Origin: an archaeon
GTDB taxonomy: Archaea > EX4484-52 > WAPT01
Assembly: GCA_029258795.1 (NCBI GenBank)
Contig: JAPDKB010000009.1
Span: 32,001 to 96,000, forward strand
Reading direction: 5' to 3'
Length of the DNA stretch: 64,000 nt
In this document: positions 9,523 to 18,799 of the stretch, in pieces
Numbering within the stretch: the stretch's first letter is position 1
Layout: every line of letters begins with the position of its first letter
The notes under the pieces: generated by a model
What the model saw: the letters and a program-made list of their open reading frames with translations, nothing else
Database searches by the model: none
Told to the model about the DNA's origin: nothing
Program-made: the position numbers and the translations under genes

Positions 9523-9643
9523 TGGCGCCGCGGGCAGGATTTTCAGATGCGGGAAAATCAAAGTCCCACAACCTTCGAACCTGCGCGCCCTTACGGGCAC
9601 CGGCTCTCAAGGCCGGCGCACTACCAGGCTATGCGACCGCGGC
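9523..9643 (-). tRNA. tRNA-Ser(TGA) with a 34-nt T-loop intron, CCA encoded
   Basis: GCCGCGG/CCGCGGC acceptor, G73, CCGGC-CTTGAGA-GCCGG, variable arm GCCC-GTAA-GGGC. Confidence 0.95.
9540..9573 (-). other. tRNA intron at 59/60 (BHB)
   Basis: GCAGG-TTCG-[AAG]-GTTGTGGGA...TCCCGCATC-TGAA-[AAT]-CCTGC. Confidence 0.9.
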
Positions 9644-9697
9644 GCGGAAAAGACATGCTTGGCAGAGTTAAAAATAGCGCGAGAGCTTTTAAATTTT

Positions 9698-10303
9698 TTA
9701 GCCGAAGGGAGAATGCCTTAAATCCTTCTCTTTATATCCTAACCGTTTACCCACCTCGTTGGCTATAATCTCACCGCAAATGGTGGCTTTGAATTCGAAA
9801 GATGATCCCATGGACTTGTAGATTGGCGATTCTCCACTGTTGTTGTATTTATCGGAATGAGCTTTAAGCAAGAGATAAATGTCGGATAGCTCAGCCACAG
9901 GCGAATCAGGATTGCCCACTATGGAAGAGACGTAAATGTCGTGTTCTTTTGCTATGCGAATATCTTCCACAACCTTCCTCGTTTTCCCGCTTCCTGAAAC
10001 AGCCAGCATCACATCATTATCGCTCACTGGCGGATGGGTGTAAGTGTTATCCGATGTGACAACAACTCTCTTACCCATCTGAGCTAAGCGCATACCACTA
10101 TACTTACTACTTTCCAAACTTCTTCCCGTGGCGTTGAGCCAGATTGTATTTGCTTCATACATTTTATCCACAATCCTTCCAAAAACATCTGCCTGCCCTT
10201 CCAGTTCATGCTGCAGTTCATCTAGAATTTTTTTGTAAAAATTAATAGGTCCTGCTATGTCAATTTTACAAGAAATCAGCGACTCTCTATTTAATAAGGG
10301 CAT
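9698..10303 (-). CDS. SIS-domain sugar isomerase (6-phospho-3-hexuloisomerase-like)
   Basis: GRS...MRLAQMG, AVSGSGKT, SPVAELSD, MGSSFE. Confidence 0.8.
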   Translation of the reverse strand: MPLLNRESLISCKIDIAGPINFYKKILDELQHELEGQADVFGRIVDKMYEANTIWLNATGRSLESSKYSGMRLAQMGKRVVVTSDNTYTHPPVSDNDVMLAVSGSGKTRKVVEDIRIAKEHDIYVSSIVGNPDSPVAELSDIYLLLKAHSDKYNNSGESPIYKSMGSSFEFKATICGEIIANEVGKRLGYKEKDLRHSPFG

Positions 10304-10354
10304 GATGCCCTACCACCCTCTAAAAAAAATTAGTACTCAAAATTTAAATTTCCT

Positions 10355-10570
10355 TCAAAGCTTGAGATTATGTTTAAAGTTGGCTTTTTCGGCTTTTTCC
10401 AGCTCCCATGCATCCTCAAGCAGCATATCAGGAACATCACCATCAAGCACCGGAAATGCAAGCCTGCAGTTCTCGCAAACTATGAACATGCCCTTCTCAA
10501 CAACATCTCCCTTGCATTTGGGGCAAGCCAAAATTTCCAGCAGCTTTTTATCCACACCCATGTGCCGCAC
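10355..10570 (-). CDS. Trm112-family methyltransferase activator
   Basis: [12 protein letters not shown]...CENC...[12 protein letters not shown]. Confidence 0.9.
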   Translation of the reverse strand: MRHMGVDKKLLEILACPKCKGDVVEKGMFIVCENCRLAFPVLDGDVPDMLLEDAWELEKAEKANFKHNLKL

Positions 10571-10597
10571 CTCAAACTTTCATTCTTTCAAGGATTT

Positions 10598-11560
10598 TTA
10601 TTTCTTTTTCTTCCAGAGCTTCGGATAAACGCCCTTTTCCATGACCACTCTGTTTATCGTGCATGCAACACCGCTCCTTCTTCCAGCCATCTCTTCAGCA
10701 TTCATTTCTGCCCTGCCCAAGGCAACGAGCTCGCCCTTCAAGCTCAGGATTGCCACAACGTCACCTTTCTTTACACTCTTTTCCACCTTGGAAATCCCGC
10801 CCACATGAAGCTGCGCACCATAACAAATTGCTGAGATAGCACTGTCTTTCACCAAAACCTTCTTCACATCTTTGAGCAGGTATTCCACAGGCAGCACAAC
10901 CTCCCTGAGCTTCGCATCTTTCCCTTCCTCTTTCCATATTGCATAAGCGTCAACAACATCTTGAAGGTAGCATGCTTTATCCTCAGTTATGCTGCCCACA
11001 GCGGTCCTCCTCAGCTCCTGAAGATGGGCATTCACACCCATGGCTCTACCCATATCCACACACAGCTTTCTTATGTAGGTGCCTGCTTCACATCTAACGC
11101 GGAAGAGCACATATCTCCCCTCAATCTCCAACACCTCGATGGAATAAATCTTCCTTTTTCTCGGCTTTCTCGCAACAGCACTCCTCAAGGGTGGAACCTG
11201 CGTTATCGTGCCCTCAAAATTCTTCATCACTTCCCTTATCCTGCTTTCCTCAACATCCCCATGCAACTTCATTAACGCAACATATTCCTTATCGCTTCTC
11301 GCAAGAAGCTGGGTAAGCTTGGTGGCGTGGTTCAATAGGATGACAAGCACACCGGTGGCATTCGGGTCAAGCGTTCCGGTCTGACCCGCTTTCCTCACTT
11401 CCAGAATATCTTTAAGCCATGCCACCACCTGGTGACTTGTTGGGCCGCGCGGCTTATCAACGATAACAGCGCCATACTTCAAAAGCTCTTCCACGGGTCT
11501 TTCGTGAGGATAATACCCATGTTCTGGAGAAGTTTCTGCCTCCTCTCTCACAATCCACAT
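10598..11560 (-). CDS. cbf5: H/ACA pseudouridine synthase Cbf5 (TruB)
   Basis: DKPRGPTSHQV, GTLDP, GTYIRKLC, PUA domain. Confidence 0.97.
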   Translation of the reverse strand: MWIVREEAETSPEHGYYPHERPVEELLKYGAVIVDKPRGPTSHQVVAWLKDILEVRKAGQTGTLDPNATGVLVILLNHATKLTQLLARSDKEYVALMKLHGDVEESRIREVMKNFEGTITQVPPLRSAVARKPRKRKIYSIEVLEIEGRYVLFRVRCEAGTYIRKLCVDMGRAMGVNAHLQELRRTAVGSITEDKACYLQDVVDAYAIWKEEGKDAKLREVVLPVEYLLKDVKKVLVKDSAISAICYGAQLHVGGISKVEKSVKKGDVVAILSLKGELVALGRAEMNAEEMAGRRSGVACTINRVVMEKGVYPKLWKKKK

Positions 11561-11596
11561 GGAAGAAAAAGTATGGGGGAGCTTTTAATAATCTTT

Positions 11597-11881
11597 TTAC
11601 AGCTGAATTCCTACCCTCTTGCTCATAACCTCTTCAAGCTTGGCTTCCTTAATCGCATTGAGAACTTCCTCATCGCTGGCATTCTTCTTTATCTTCACCT
11701 TGTGAGGTGTTGGCTCCAGGTGCTTAATGTTGCATTTTTTCCTCCTTGCTCCTGTCAAAGATTTTGGCCCGGTGACCATCACGAAATTGTCATCCAGCAC
11801 ATCTATCACAACACAAAAGCATCCTGCATCTCTTCCAGCATTTTTCACGCAGACCCTACCAACTTCAAGCATCACGCTCAC
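11597..11881 (-). CDS. rpl14e: 50S ribosomal protein L14e
   Basis: EVGRVCVKNAGRDAG, NIKHLEPT. Confidence 0.95.
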   Translation of the reverse strand: MSVMLEVGRVCVKNAGRDAGCFCVVIDVLDDNFVMVTGPKSLTGARRKKCNIKHLEPTPHKVKIKKNASDEEVLNAIKEAKLEEVMSKRVGIQL

Positions 11882-11891
11882 CCCTTTACCA

Positions 11892-12179
11892 TCACTGCTT
11901 CATTTTCACCACAGCTTCTGCTATCTTTTTCCTCAAACATGAAGGGCAGAGCACACCACCATACATCCTTTCAGGCCTTTTCTTTGTCTTCGCCATACTT
12001 TTAAGCTTGTAAGCTTTAACTCTGGGAACTCCAGCCAGTGGGGTTCCACACACTCCACACTTTGCAAAGTTGACTTTCTTCTCAACTTTATGGATAACAA
12101 GTTTGCCTCCCGGCGTTCTGACGCGCTTCCACTTCTTACCTCGCAACGATGGTCTCATACTCGTCACCTCAATCAACAC
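11892..12179 (-). CDS. rpl34e: 50S ribosomal protein L34e
   Basis: RTPGG, CGVCG, RPERMYGGVLCPSC; the true start is probably the internal Met (MRPSLR). Confidence 0.95.
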   Translation of the reverse strand: MLIEVTSMRPSLRGKKWKRVRTPGGKLVIHKVEKKVNFAKCGVCGTPLAGVPRVKAYKLKSMAKTKKRPERMYGGVLCPSCLRKKIAEAVVKMKQ

Positions 12180-12624
12180 GAAGCAGCTTCCTGAAAAAGA
12201 TGGAAGCCGGAATGGAAATTATTATGTACAGGCCTATTATGCCAACGGTATCGCCAACAAAAGGCAATGGGAAGGGCAGCTTGAAAGTTGCGCCGTTGTA
12301 AAGCTTTTTGAGCAGCGGGAACATGATAAGGATTATGAGCATGGTGTAGATGAGCTGCTTCTGGGTTAGGGTCATCTGCTCCTTCAGCAGGTGCATATTC
12401 TTTTCCCATAAATCTTTTAATTCTTTCTCATCCCCTCGCTTTCTCGCATCGTCCATCCTTTTCTTGTATTCCTTCGCTTTTCTCCTGAGATGCTTGGCTT
12501 TCTCCACATCTATGGTGATGAGGTAAACCAGCGGGAAAAGGAATGCCATGAGGATTGAAAAAAGGGTCACACCTATCAGCGGATCAAGATTTGCGAGCAT
12601 TTCAACAACCATGACTCCCACCAT
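12169..12624 (-). CDS. DUF106 / EMC3-TMCO1 (Oxa1-superfamily) membrane protein
   Basis: TM, coiled coil, TM, TM layout; conserved position after secY. Confidence 0.85.
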   Translation of the reverse strand: MVGVMVVEMLANLDPLIGVTLFSILMAFLFPLVYLITIDVEKAKHLRRKAKEYKKRMDDARKRGDEKELKDLWEKNMHLLKEQMTLTQKQLIYTMLIILIMFPLLKKLYNGATFKLPFPLPFVGDTVGIIGLYIIISIPASIFFRKLLRVD

Positions 12625-12625
12625 A

Positions 12626-14008
12626 TCATCCTTTCATCTTACCCATGAGCTTCCTTACCATCGGATGCGCGTCCTCCAGCTGCTGTACTGCCAGCATCTC
12701 GTACATATTATATATGATCATCACCGCCAGAAGTATGGCTGTACCTCTAACCAACGCTCCCAGCAAATCGGCAAGAGCCGCAAGCAATCCTACAAAAGCC
12801 CCACCCATAATTGCAAGAGGAGTTATGTACCTCTCCAGTACCTTCTCAATGACACGCGGGTCCTTTCTGAATCCCGGAATTTGCAGGCTTGCTGACTGAA
12901 TCTGTCTTGCAACGCTCTTGGCATCCATGCCTGCAGTTGTTACCCAGAAGAGGGAGAATATGGCTGTGCCCACAACCATCACTATCAGATAAGTTATGGC
13001 TCTCACCACCTCCCTTCCTGTGAGTCCTCCATAGAGCAAATAGTAGATGAAAGATCTTGGCGGGGTCATGTAGTAAACCAACCCGCTTTTGGGTCTGCCA
13101 TCCGCGTCAAAACAACCAAGCACTCCACATTTAAGGTTGGTATCCACATCATGAGCTACCATCCTTCCTGCCATTTCTATGTTTATGATGAGGGCCGTCA
13201 CCAAAATCACGGGGATGACGTTTGTGTAGATAAAGCGGAGAGGCCATTTTCTGCCGAAGCCGCGCAACGTTCCAAAAGCAAGAGGTATCTCAACACGCAT
13301 CGATTGAGCATAAACAGCTATCACAAATATCACAATTGTGGTGATGATTGGTACGAGCATTTTCACATCTGGAGTGCCGTCCAAAACCGTTTGAATGAAA
13401 GCCAGCAACCTGCCAGCATAGTATTCTCCCGCTGTCTGGAAGTTGAAAAGCTGGATGAATATCTGCCTTGAGATTCCAGCAACTATGAACAGCGAGATGC
13501 CGCTACCAAAACCCCACTTGCTCACAACTTCATCCATGAAGATGACAAGCCACCCTCCAATACAGAGCTGAAGCACCACGATGGCAACGTTGAAAAAAGA
13601 ATAGGTAGCGGGCTGTATCGGACCAAAAAGAACCCATGCAACTGCCTGCACAAAAGTTATAACAAACGCAAGGAATTTTTGAGCGCCCTGAAACATTATT
13701 CTGCCGTGCCTCGTGTTAAGATCCCAGTTTATTATTCTTGCACCCACAAGCATCTGCAGGATGATGGATGCGGTGACTATCGGACCTATACCCAGCGTCA
13801 TCAAGCTGCCGGTTTTTGCTCCCAGAAGCATTTCCCATTCAGCAAATCTGGCCGCAACCTCCTCCTTTATCCCGTAAACCCGTATCTCGGTCAAAATGTA
13901 ATATAGAATCAGAATTATTCCCGTCCACTTCAACCTCTCATTTAGTGTTAGCCTTCTCTTTGGAGCTTCCACACCCGGCAGAAGCTCGAAAAACTTTTCC
14001 AGGTTCAT
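12626..14008 (-). CDS. secY: Preprotein translocase SecY
   Basis: LKWTG, LGIGPIVTASIILQ, KWGFGSGISLFI, IPGFRKD. Confidence 0.98.
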   Translation of the reverse strand: MNLEKFFELLPGVEAPKRRLTLNERLKWTGIILILYYILTEIRVYGIKEEVAARFAEWEMLLGAKTGSLMTLGIGPIVTASIILQMLVGARIINWDLNTRHGRIMFQGAQKFLAFVITFVQAVAWVLFGPIQPATYSFFNVAIVVLQLCIGGWLVIFMDEVVSKWGFGSGISLFIVAGISRQIFIQLFNFQTAGEYYAGRLLAFIQTVLDGTPDVKMLVPIITTIVIFVIAVYAQSMRVEIPLAFGTLRGFGRKWPLRFIYTNVIPVILVTALIINIEMAGRMVAHDVDTNLKCGVLGCFDADGRPKSGLVYYMTPPRSFIYYLLYGGLTGREVVRAITYLIVMVVGTAIFSLFWVTTAGMDAKSVARQIQSASLQIPGFRKDPRVIEKVLERYITPLAIMGGAFVGLLAALADLLGALVRGTAILLAVMIIYNMYEMLAVQQLEDAHPMVRKLMGKMKG

Positions 14009-14009
14009 T

Positions 14010-14492
14010 TTAACTGCCCTCCTCCGCTGCTGCAGCAGCCAAAACAACCTTTCCGCCAGCACTCTCTATCTTTTCAATTGCCTTTTGGGTGGCTTCAGCA
14101 ACTCTAACCTCCACAGGCAGGTTTATTTTTCCGGCACCGAGCAGCTTATCGTAGCCGGCCTTCTCAAGATCAACAACGTAAGGCTTATCTTTCTTTTCCG
14201 CCACCCCCATCGCAACCCATCTTTCAATATAACGCTCAATATCTCCAACATTTATGCAATTTTTCTCTCTCACTATTGATTTGTGTCTTTTGAAACCCTT
14301 CCTTCCCCTTCCAAGAGGAAGTTTGCCTTCAGCATAAAGCATCGTTAGCTTCTGCTGTCCTCTCTTACCCATTCCTGCTTTACCCTTTCCACCTTTCGAA
14401 CCCTTACCTCTGTGCTTCTTCTTAGAACCCCATCCGTAGGTTTTCGAACCCCTGAGCTTGTTGACTTTCCTCTTCCTCTTTCTTACGACCAT
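14010..14492 (-). CDS. rpl15: 50S ribosomal protein L15
   Basis: RGSKTYGWG, KLLGAG, KIESAGG. Confidence 0.96.
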   Translation of the reverse strand: MVVRKRKRKVNKLRGSKTYGWGSKKKHRGKGSKGGKGKAGMGKRGQQKLTMLYAEGKLPLGRGRKGFKRHKSIVREKNCINVGDIERYIERWVAMGVAEKKDKPYVVDLEKAGYDKLLGAGKINLPVEVRVAEATQKAIEKIESAGGKVVLAAAAAEEGS

Positions 14493-14503
14493 GACCTACA
14501 CCT

Positions 14504-14938
14504 TCATATCATTCTTTTTATGAGGTCGTTGATCTTCTCTCCCCTGTAACCGAGTGCTCCTCCAACCGTGAAGTGCTTCTTTATACCTTTTCTCTCATAA
14601 CCCTTTCTCGGAGGAGCAAGCCGAAACACGGGCTTCAATCCGGCTTTTTTAAGCCCCACTTCCTTGATTTTCTTCACATACTCATCGACTTTCTCTGCTG
14701 GTATTTTTCCACCACCTTCAAGCTCCCCTCTTTTTTCCACAAGAAGCTTGAGGACTTCATCACTAACCTCTCCCCACGTAACATAATCCTTGACCTTGAA
14801 AATCATACCCTTGTATGAGTCATTTTCAGGCACAACCGTGCAGTGGTGTGGCTTGTTCAGATTCAGAAGTTTAAGTGTTCTTTCAACTTCCTCCCTTACA
14901 CCAACAGTACCTCTTACTCTCACCACCGCGTACATCAC
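14504..14938 (-). CDS. rpl30: 50S ribosomal protein L30
   Basis: AVVRVRG, KDYVTWGE, FRLAPPRKG, LGYRG. Confidence 0.96.
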   Translation of the reverse strand: MMYAVVRVRGTVGVREEVERTLKLLNLNKPHHCTVVPENDSYKGMIFKVKDYVTWGEVSDEVLKLLVEKRGELEGGGKIPAEKVDEYVKKIKEVGLKKAGLKPVFRLAPPRKGYERKGIKKHFTVGGALGYRGEKINDLIKRMI

Positions 14939-15645
14939 ACAGCACCCTGAACCATACCAGTTCTCTTGATTTCTTCCTCGCCAACCTTCATTTTGTTGAG
15001 GTTTCTGAAAGCATCAATGGCCGCTCCCACAAAATTAAGTCGGGTTCTCGTGTCTCCAAAGGACTGAGACCACACATCCTTAATACCAGCCAGCCTCATA
15101 ACTTTCTTTAGTTCCTCTCCAACCACGAGTCCCACTCCTTTCGGAGCGGGCATCAGCACAACTCTGACGCTACCCATCTTACCCATGACTCTGAAAGGTA
15201 TGGAGTGATGACCCCTGCATCCACACTCCCAGGATCCACACCCTCTCCTTATGGGGAATATGTTCAGTTTGGCTTTTCTTATTGCTTTCTCTATAACCTC
15301 TCTGGCACTCTTACCTCTTGCCACACCAAATCCTATCAGCCCGTTCTCGTTTCCAACGATAGCAGCAGCATGAAGGGTCCTTCTCCTTCCTGACTTGTGC
15401 ATCCTCACGGTGGATCTTATGGGTACTCTTCTCTTACCACCACCCTTACCGCTCACACCACCTATGTTTATGAGCTCTTCCTTCAAATCGGGCACGAGAT
15501 AATCAACTATTTCCGGCTCTTTTATAACATAACCTCTAGCAAAAATCTCCTCTATTGACTTTATCTCTCCTTCTTTAACCATCCTTCCGAGTTCCGTCCT
15601 CGGTACCCAATCCTCCAGTGAGGTTTTCACGGCCATGTTAATCAC
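14935..15645 (-). CDS. rps5: 30S ribosomal protein S5
   Basis: WVPRTELGRMV, RGCGSWEC, PAPKGVGLV. Confidence 0.97.
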   Translation of the reverse strand: MINMAVKTSLEDWVPRTELGRMVKEGEIKSIEEIFARGYVIKEPEIVDYLVPDLKEELINIGGVSGKGGGKRRVPIRSTVRMHKSGRRRTLHAAAIVGNENGLIGFGVARGKSAREVIEKAIRKAKLNIFPIRRGCGSWECGCRGHHSIPFRVMGKMGSVRVVLMPAPKGVGLVVGEELKKVMRLAGIKDVWSQSFGDTRTRLNFVGAAIDAFRNLNKMKVGEEEIKRTGMVQGAV

Positions 15646-16202
15646 TCATCATGGGATTTCTTCTTTTTACCGGATTTTTTGGATTCGCCACTTTTAGCAG
15701 AGAACACCTTATCAATATTTTCCTTAACCTTTTTGAAGGTTTCCACAACCTTCCTGCTTATGTGCTCACCCATTATCCTACTCTCATCCGGAACCTTGTC
15801 TGGAGAGTGAGGGATGTTCAATCCAGCATCCACCGCTCCTTTGAGCACAGCGAATATTCTGGCTCCTTTGGTTGAAGTGTGTCTCCCTATGTCGAGTATG
15901 GCTTCATTTATACCTTCTTTCAAGGCCATCTTGCCGATGAGGTATCCGGTTAGGTAAGCTGCGGGCGTGTTTTTGAAGGATGTGATATCCCATCCATACT
16001 CCGCAAGCTTTTTGGAAGTAACCATGACTTTAGTAACATCTCCCTTAGGGTTGAACTCTCTTATGTGGGCTATTATCTGCGTGTTCGTCCTTCTGACAGT
16101 AAGTATTGGCTTGCCGCTCTTAACAAGAGCCAGCCTTTTCTTGTAATCAGTTTTTCCTTCCCTTCTCCTCCTGAATTTCATTAAGTAACCGCGTTTCCCC
16201 AT
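15642..16202 (-). CDS. rpl18: 50S ribosomal protein L18
   Basis: RRRREGKTDY, NTPAAYLTG, KGAVDAGL. Confidence 0.97.
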   Translation of the reverse strand: MGKRGYLMKFRRRREGKTDYKKRLALVKSGKPILTVRRTNTQIIAHIREFNPKGDVTKVMVTSKKLAEYGWDITSFKNTPAAYLTGYLIGKMALKEGINEAILDIGRHTSTKGARIFAVLKGAVDAGLNIPHSPDKVPDESRIMGEHISRKVVETFKKVKENIDKVFSAKSGESKKSGKKKKSHDE

Positions 16203-16208
16203 AATTCA

Positions 16209-16673
16209 TCACGTTTCTGCCTGTTTTTCTCTCATTTCCTTTAGCTTTTCAACCCTCTGAAGGAGGTGGGCTTTCGTTCTGAACATACCTCCTTTTGCAT
16301 GAGCATAAAGCATTCTGTATTCTGTTTGAGTAATCTCTCCCTTATCACGCAGCTCTCTGAGCAGCTTTCGCAGAGCCCTTATCCTTATCATCCATGCAAG
16401 TTTCCTTGGCATCCTTGCCGTCTTTTTACCCTTCCTTGAGCCGTGGCCCTTTCTCCTTCCCTTCTTCTTCTGCATCTTTATGTGCTTGGCTCTCGCGGTG
16501 CTCACCCCAACCTTCGGGAGTACCGCTATCTTACCCTCCCTAATCAGCCTCCTTATATCCTCCCTGGTTATGGCTTGAGCTACCTCATCAACATGAGCAG
16601 GATCTATCCACACTCTGTGAACTCCGCATTTCAGTATCTGTGCGGCCATCCTTTTCTGGGTTCTTAAATTCAT
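16209..16673 (-). CDS. rpl19e: 50S ribosomal protein L19e
   Basis: QKRMAAQILKCG, GHGSRKG, WMIRIR. Confidence 0.97.
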   Translation of the reverse strand: MNLRTQKRMAAQILKCGVHRVWIDPAHVDEVAQAITREDIRRLIREGKIAVLPKVGVSTARAKHIKMQKKKGRRKGHGSRKGKKTARMPRKLAWMIRIRALRKLLRELRDKGEITQTEYRMLYAHAKGGMFRTKAHLLQRVEKLKEMREKQAET

Positions 16674-16685
16674 ATCCCATCACCG

Positions 16686-16868
16686 TTAATTGTTTGCAGG
16701 CAGTATCTCTTTTTGATGAGCTACGACCACAACCTCTCTGGTGTATTTCATTCCACACCTTTTACAGGAATAAACTTTTATGCCCTGCACCTTCATGGTT
16801 TCGGCGCGAGCCCCGCACGCAGGGCATATTTCCTCATGAAAGTGAACAAATGGAACATCGATGAACAT
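16686..16868 (-). CDS. Small zinc-ribbon protein inside the spc operon
   Basis: CPACG-x15-CKRCG; fills the gap between rpl32e and rpl19e in the same orientation. Confidence 0.75.
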   Translation of the reverse strand: MFIDVPFVHFHEEICPACGARAETMKVQGIKVYSCKRCGMKYTREVVVVAHQKEILPANN

Positions 16869-16880
16869 AACTCATCCACC

Positions 16881-17573
16881 TTACTTTTTGCTTTTGGTGG
16901 TTGATTTTTTGGTGGTCTTGGAAGAGCTCTTACTTTTTGCTTTTGAACTGCCTGTGGCTTTTTTGGTTTTACCTTCCACTTTTTCCTTTTTCTTAACCTC
17001 TTTCTTCCTCTCATCACCCTTCTTCTCAGCCGTCTTCTTTTCCGCTTTTTTGGCTTTCTCCTTTACAGCTTTCTTCTCCTCAGCTTCCTCCTCTTCCTTT
17101 GTTTCCTCAACCTTCTTCTCTTCCTTCGCCTTTTCCTCCTTCTCTTTCTTTTTCTTCTCCTCTCTTGCCTTCAATTCAAGATATGAACGCCTCTTTATCC
17201 TTGGATTGAGCACTTTGATGCCAAGTTCTTCAGCTTTCTTCAGGATTTCAAGCTTCTTCTTTGTGCCCACACATGAAGCAACTCTAACAGCTTCCTCTTC
17301 CCTGTTAACCCTTTCAAGATCGGTAGGGTTGTAAACAATCACCTCCCTATAACCAGAAGGATGAAGGTGTCTCGCTTCTTTAGGACCGCCATATCCGGAG
17401 CAAGGCATTTTTGGCTTTCCGAATATTCTTTTCCTCATTTTGTTGTGAATTCCCTTCGGTTTTCTGTAGCCACTCCTGCTTATCTTCTTTATTCTATCTC
17501 CTAAATACCTCCTGAATTTGGGCTTCCTCTTCTTTACTTCCTCTCTGAGCTTTACAAGCTCCTTCATTGCCAT
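16881..17573 (-). CDS. rpl32e: 50S ribosomal protein L32e with a ~100-aa Lys/Glu tail
   Basis: KPKFRR, RKPKG, GYG.P, HPSGYREV, VLNP followed by a low-complexity tail. Confidence 0.95.
   Translation of the reverse strand: MAMKELVKLREEVKKRKPKFRRYLGDRIKKISRSGYRKPKGIHNKMRKRIFGKPKMPCSGYGGPKEARHLHPSGYREVIVYNPTDLERVNREEEAVRVASCVGTKKKLEILKKAEELGIKVLNPRIKRRSYLELKAREEKKKKEKEEKAKEEKKVEETKEEEEAEEKKAVKEKAKKAEKKTAEKKGDERKKEVKKKEKVEGKTKKATGSSKAKSKSSSKTTKKSTTKSKK
16983..17078. repeat. Copy 1 of the 96-bp repeat shared by the rpl32e and rps3 tails
   Basis: 92/96 identical to 22257-22352 by hand alignment. Confidence 0.9.
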
Positions 17574-18139
17574 AGATCCTCACTCCTCTTCGGCTTCTTG
17601 TAAATATAAATACCATCGAAGAATATTCGCGGATCTCTTCCTGCACGATATTTGCATGCTTGCTCCATGTTGGCTGCCGTTTGCCCCACATCTTCGATGT
17701 TTATGCCTTCCACCACAATCTCTTCCTTATCTATCTTGACCTTGACATCTCCCACTATCTTTGCCTTTCTAGCACCCTTCTCTCCCATGAAATTGCTTAT
17801 GACTATGTAATCTCCTTCCTGCTTCACAGTCATCGGGAAGTGGGTGTAAACTATCTTTAACCGGGCTTCAAAGCCCCTGGCAACACCATACATCATGTTT
17901 TTGATGTGAGACACCCATGTACCGACTATGGCTTTATCCTTTCTCTTTTTGGACTCGGTCCTGACTTTAACAACACCATCATCAACCATAACCTTCACGC
18001 GGGGGTGGGAGAACATTCTTCTTAACTCTCCCTTCTCTCCTTTAACAATGAGAGTATCGCCTTCCAAGCTTACCTCTATTCCTTCCGGAATCTTTACTTC
18101 CCTTTCAATCACCGTTTGCATCTGCTCTTGCTGGCTCAT
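17564..18139 (-). CDS. rpl6: 50S ribosomal protein L6
   Basis: IPEGI, HFP, NFMGE, DPRIFFDGIY. Confidence 0.97.
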   Translation of the reverse strand: MSQQEQMQTVIEREVKIPEGIEVSLEGDTLIVKGEKGELRRMFSHPRVKVMVDDGVVKVRTESKKRKDKAIVGTWVSHIKNMMYGVARGFEARLKIVYTHFPMTVKQEGDYIVISNFMGEKGARKAKIVGDVKVKIDKEEIVVEGINIEDVGQTAANMEQACKYRAGRDPRIFFDGIYIYKKPKRSEDLWQ

Positions 18140-18167
18140 CTCATCTCACCATCAAAAATCACGCAGT

Positions 18168-18551
18168 TCAGTAAACATAAGCAAGCAAAGCCCCACCCTT
18201 TCTTCCCTTAACTTTCGTGTGTGCGACCACACCTTCGTCGGTGGTGATTATGAGCAATCCGACTCCTGCTGCAGGCAAATACTGCTTCTCCCACTCATCA
18301 AACTCATCCTTTTTAACATAAAATCTTGGCCTTATGGCGTTGCAGTTATTGATTCTGCCTTTAAGTTCTATTCTGAATTTTCCGCCCTTACCATCATCGA
18401 TGTACTCGAAGTTTCCTATGTATCCGTACTCCTGCATAACCTTGAGCACATCCCTGACTAACCTTGAGGCGGGAACAACACACTCCTTCTTTCCAACCTT
18501 CTCAGCGTTCTTGATGATTGACATGACATCTGACAGCAAATCGTGCCTCAT
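18168..18551 (-). CDS. rps8: 30S ribosomal protein S8
   Basis: NAEKVGK, GYIGNFEYIDDG, GGALLAYVY. Confidence 0.97.
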   Translation of the reverse strand: MRHDLLSDVMSIIKNAEKVGKKECVVPASRLVRDVLKVMQEYGYIGNFEYIDDGKGGKFRIELKGRINNCNAIRPRFYVKKDEFDEWEKQYLPAAGVGLLIITTDEGVVAHTKVKGRKGGALLAYVY

Positions 18552-18562
18552 GATTCACACCT

Positions 18563-18799
18563 TTATTCCAGCTTTTTCCACCCCATCTCTTTGGCTACCT
18601 CCCTGAAGCATCTTCTGCAGATGTTGAGATCATATTTCCTTATCAAGCTCCTGCCCATGTTGCCGCATCTTATGCATCTAACCTTTCCATATCCGGTCGT
18701 TCTCTCCTTCCTTGTATTGTGTTTTAACACCTTCTTCATCTTTCCCGGCTTGTTCTGGTATATTTTCAGGGATTTTCTGAAGTCACCCATAACCATCAC
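18563..18799 (-). CDS. rps14: 30S ribosomal protein S14 (zinc type)
   Basis: CIRCG...IRKYDLNICRRCFRE. Confidence 0.95.
   Translation of the reverse strand: MMVMGDFRKSLKIYQNKPGKMKKVLKHNTRKERTTGYGKVRCIRCGNMGRSLIRKYDLNICRRCFREVAKEMGWKKLE

Noticed and set aside
9470-9768. ORFs spanning 9305-9610, 9456-9671, 9497-9721 and 9547-9768
   Set aside because: They run through tRNA-Ser; only the 9305-9469 stub is credible
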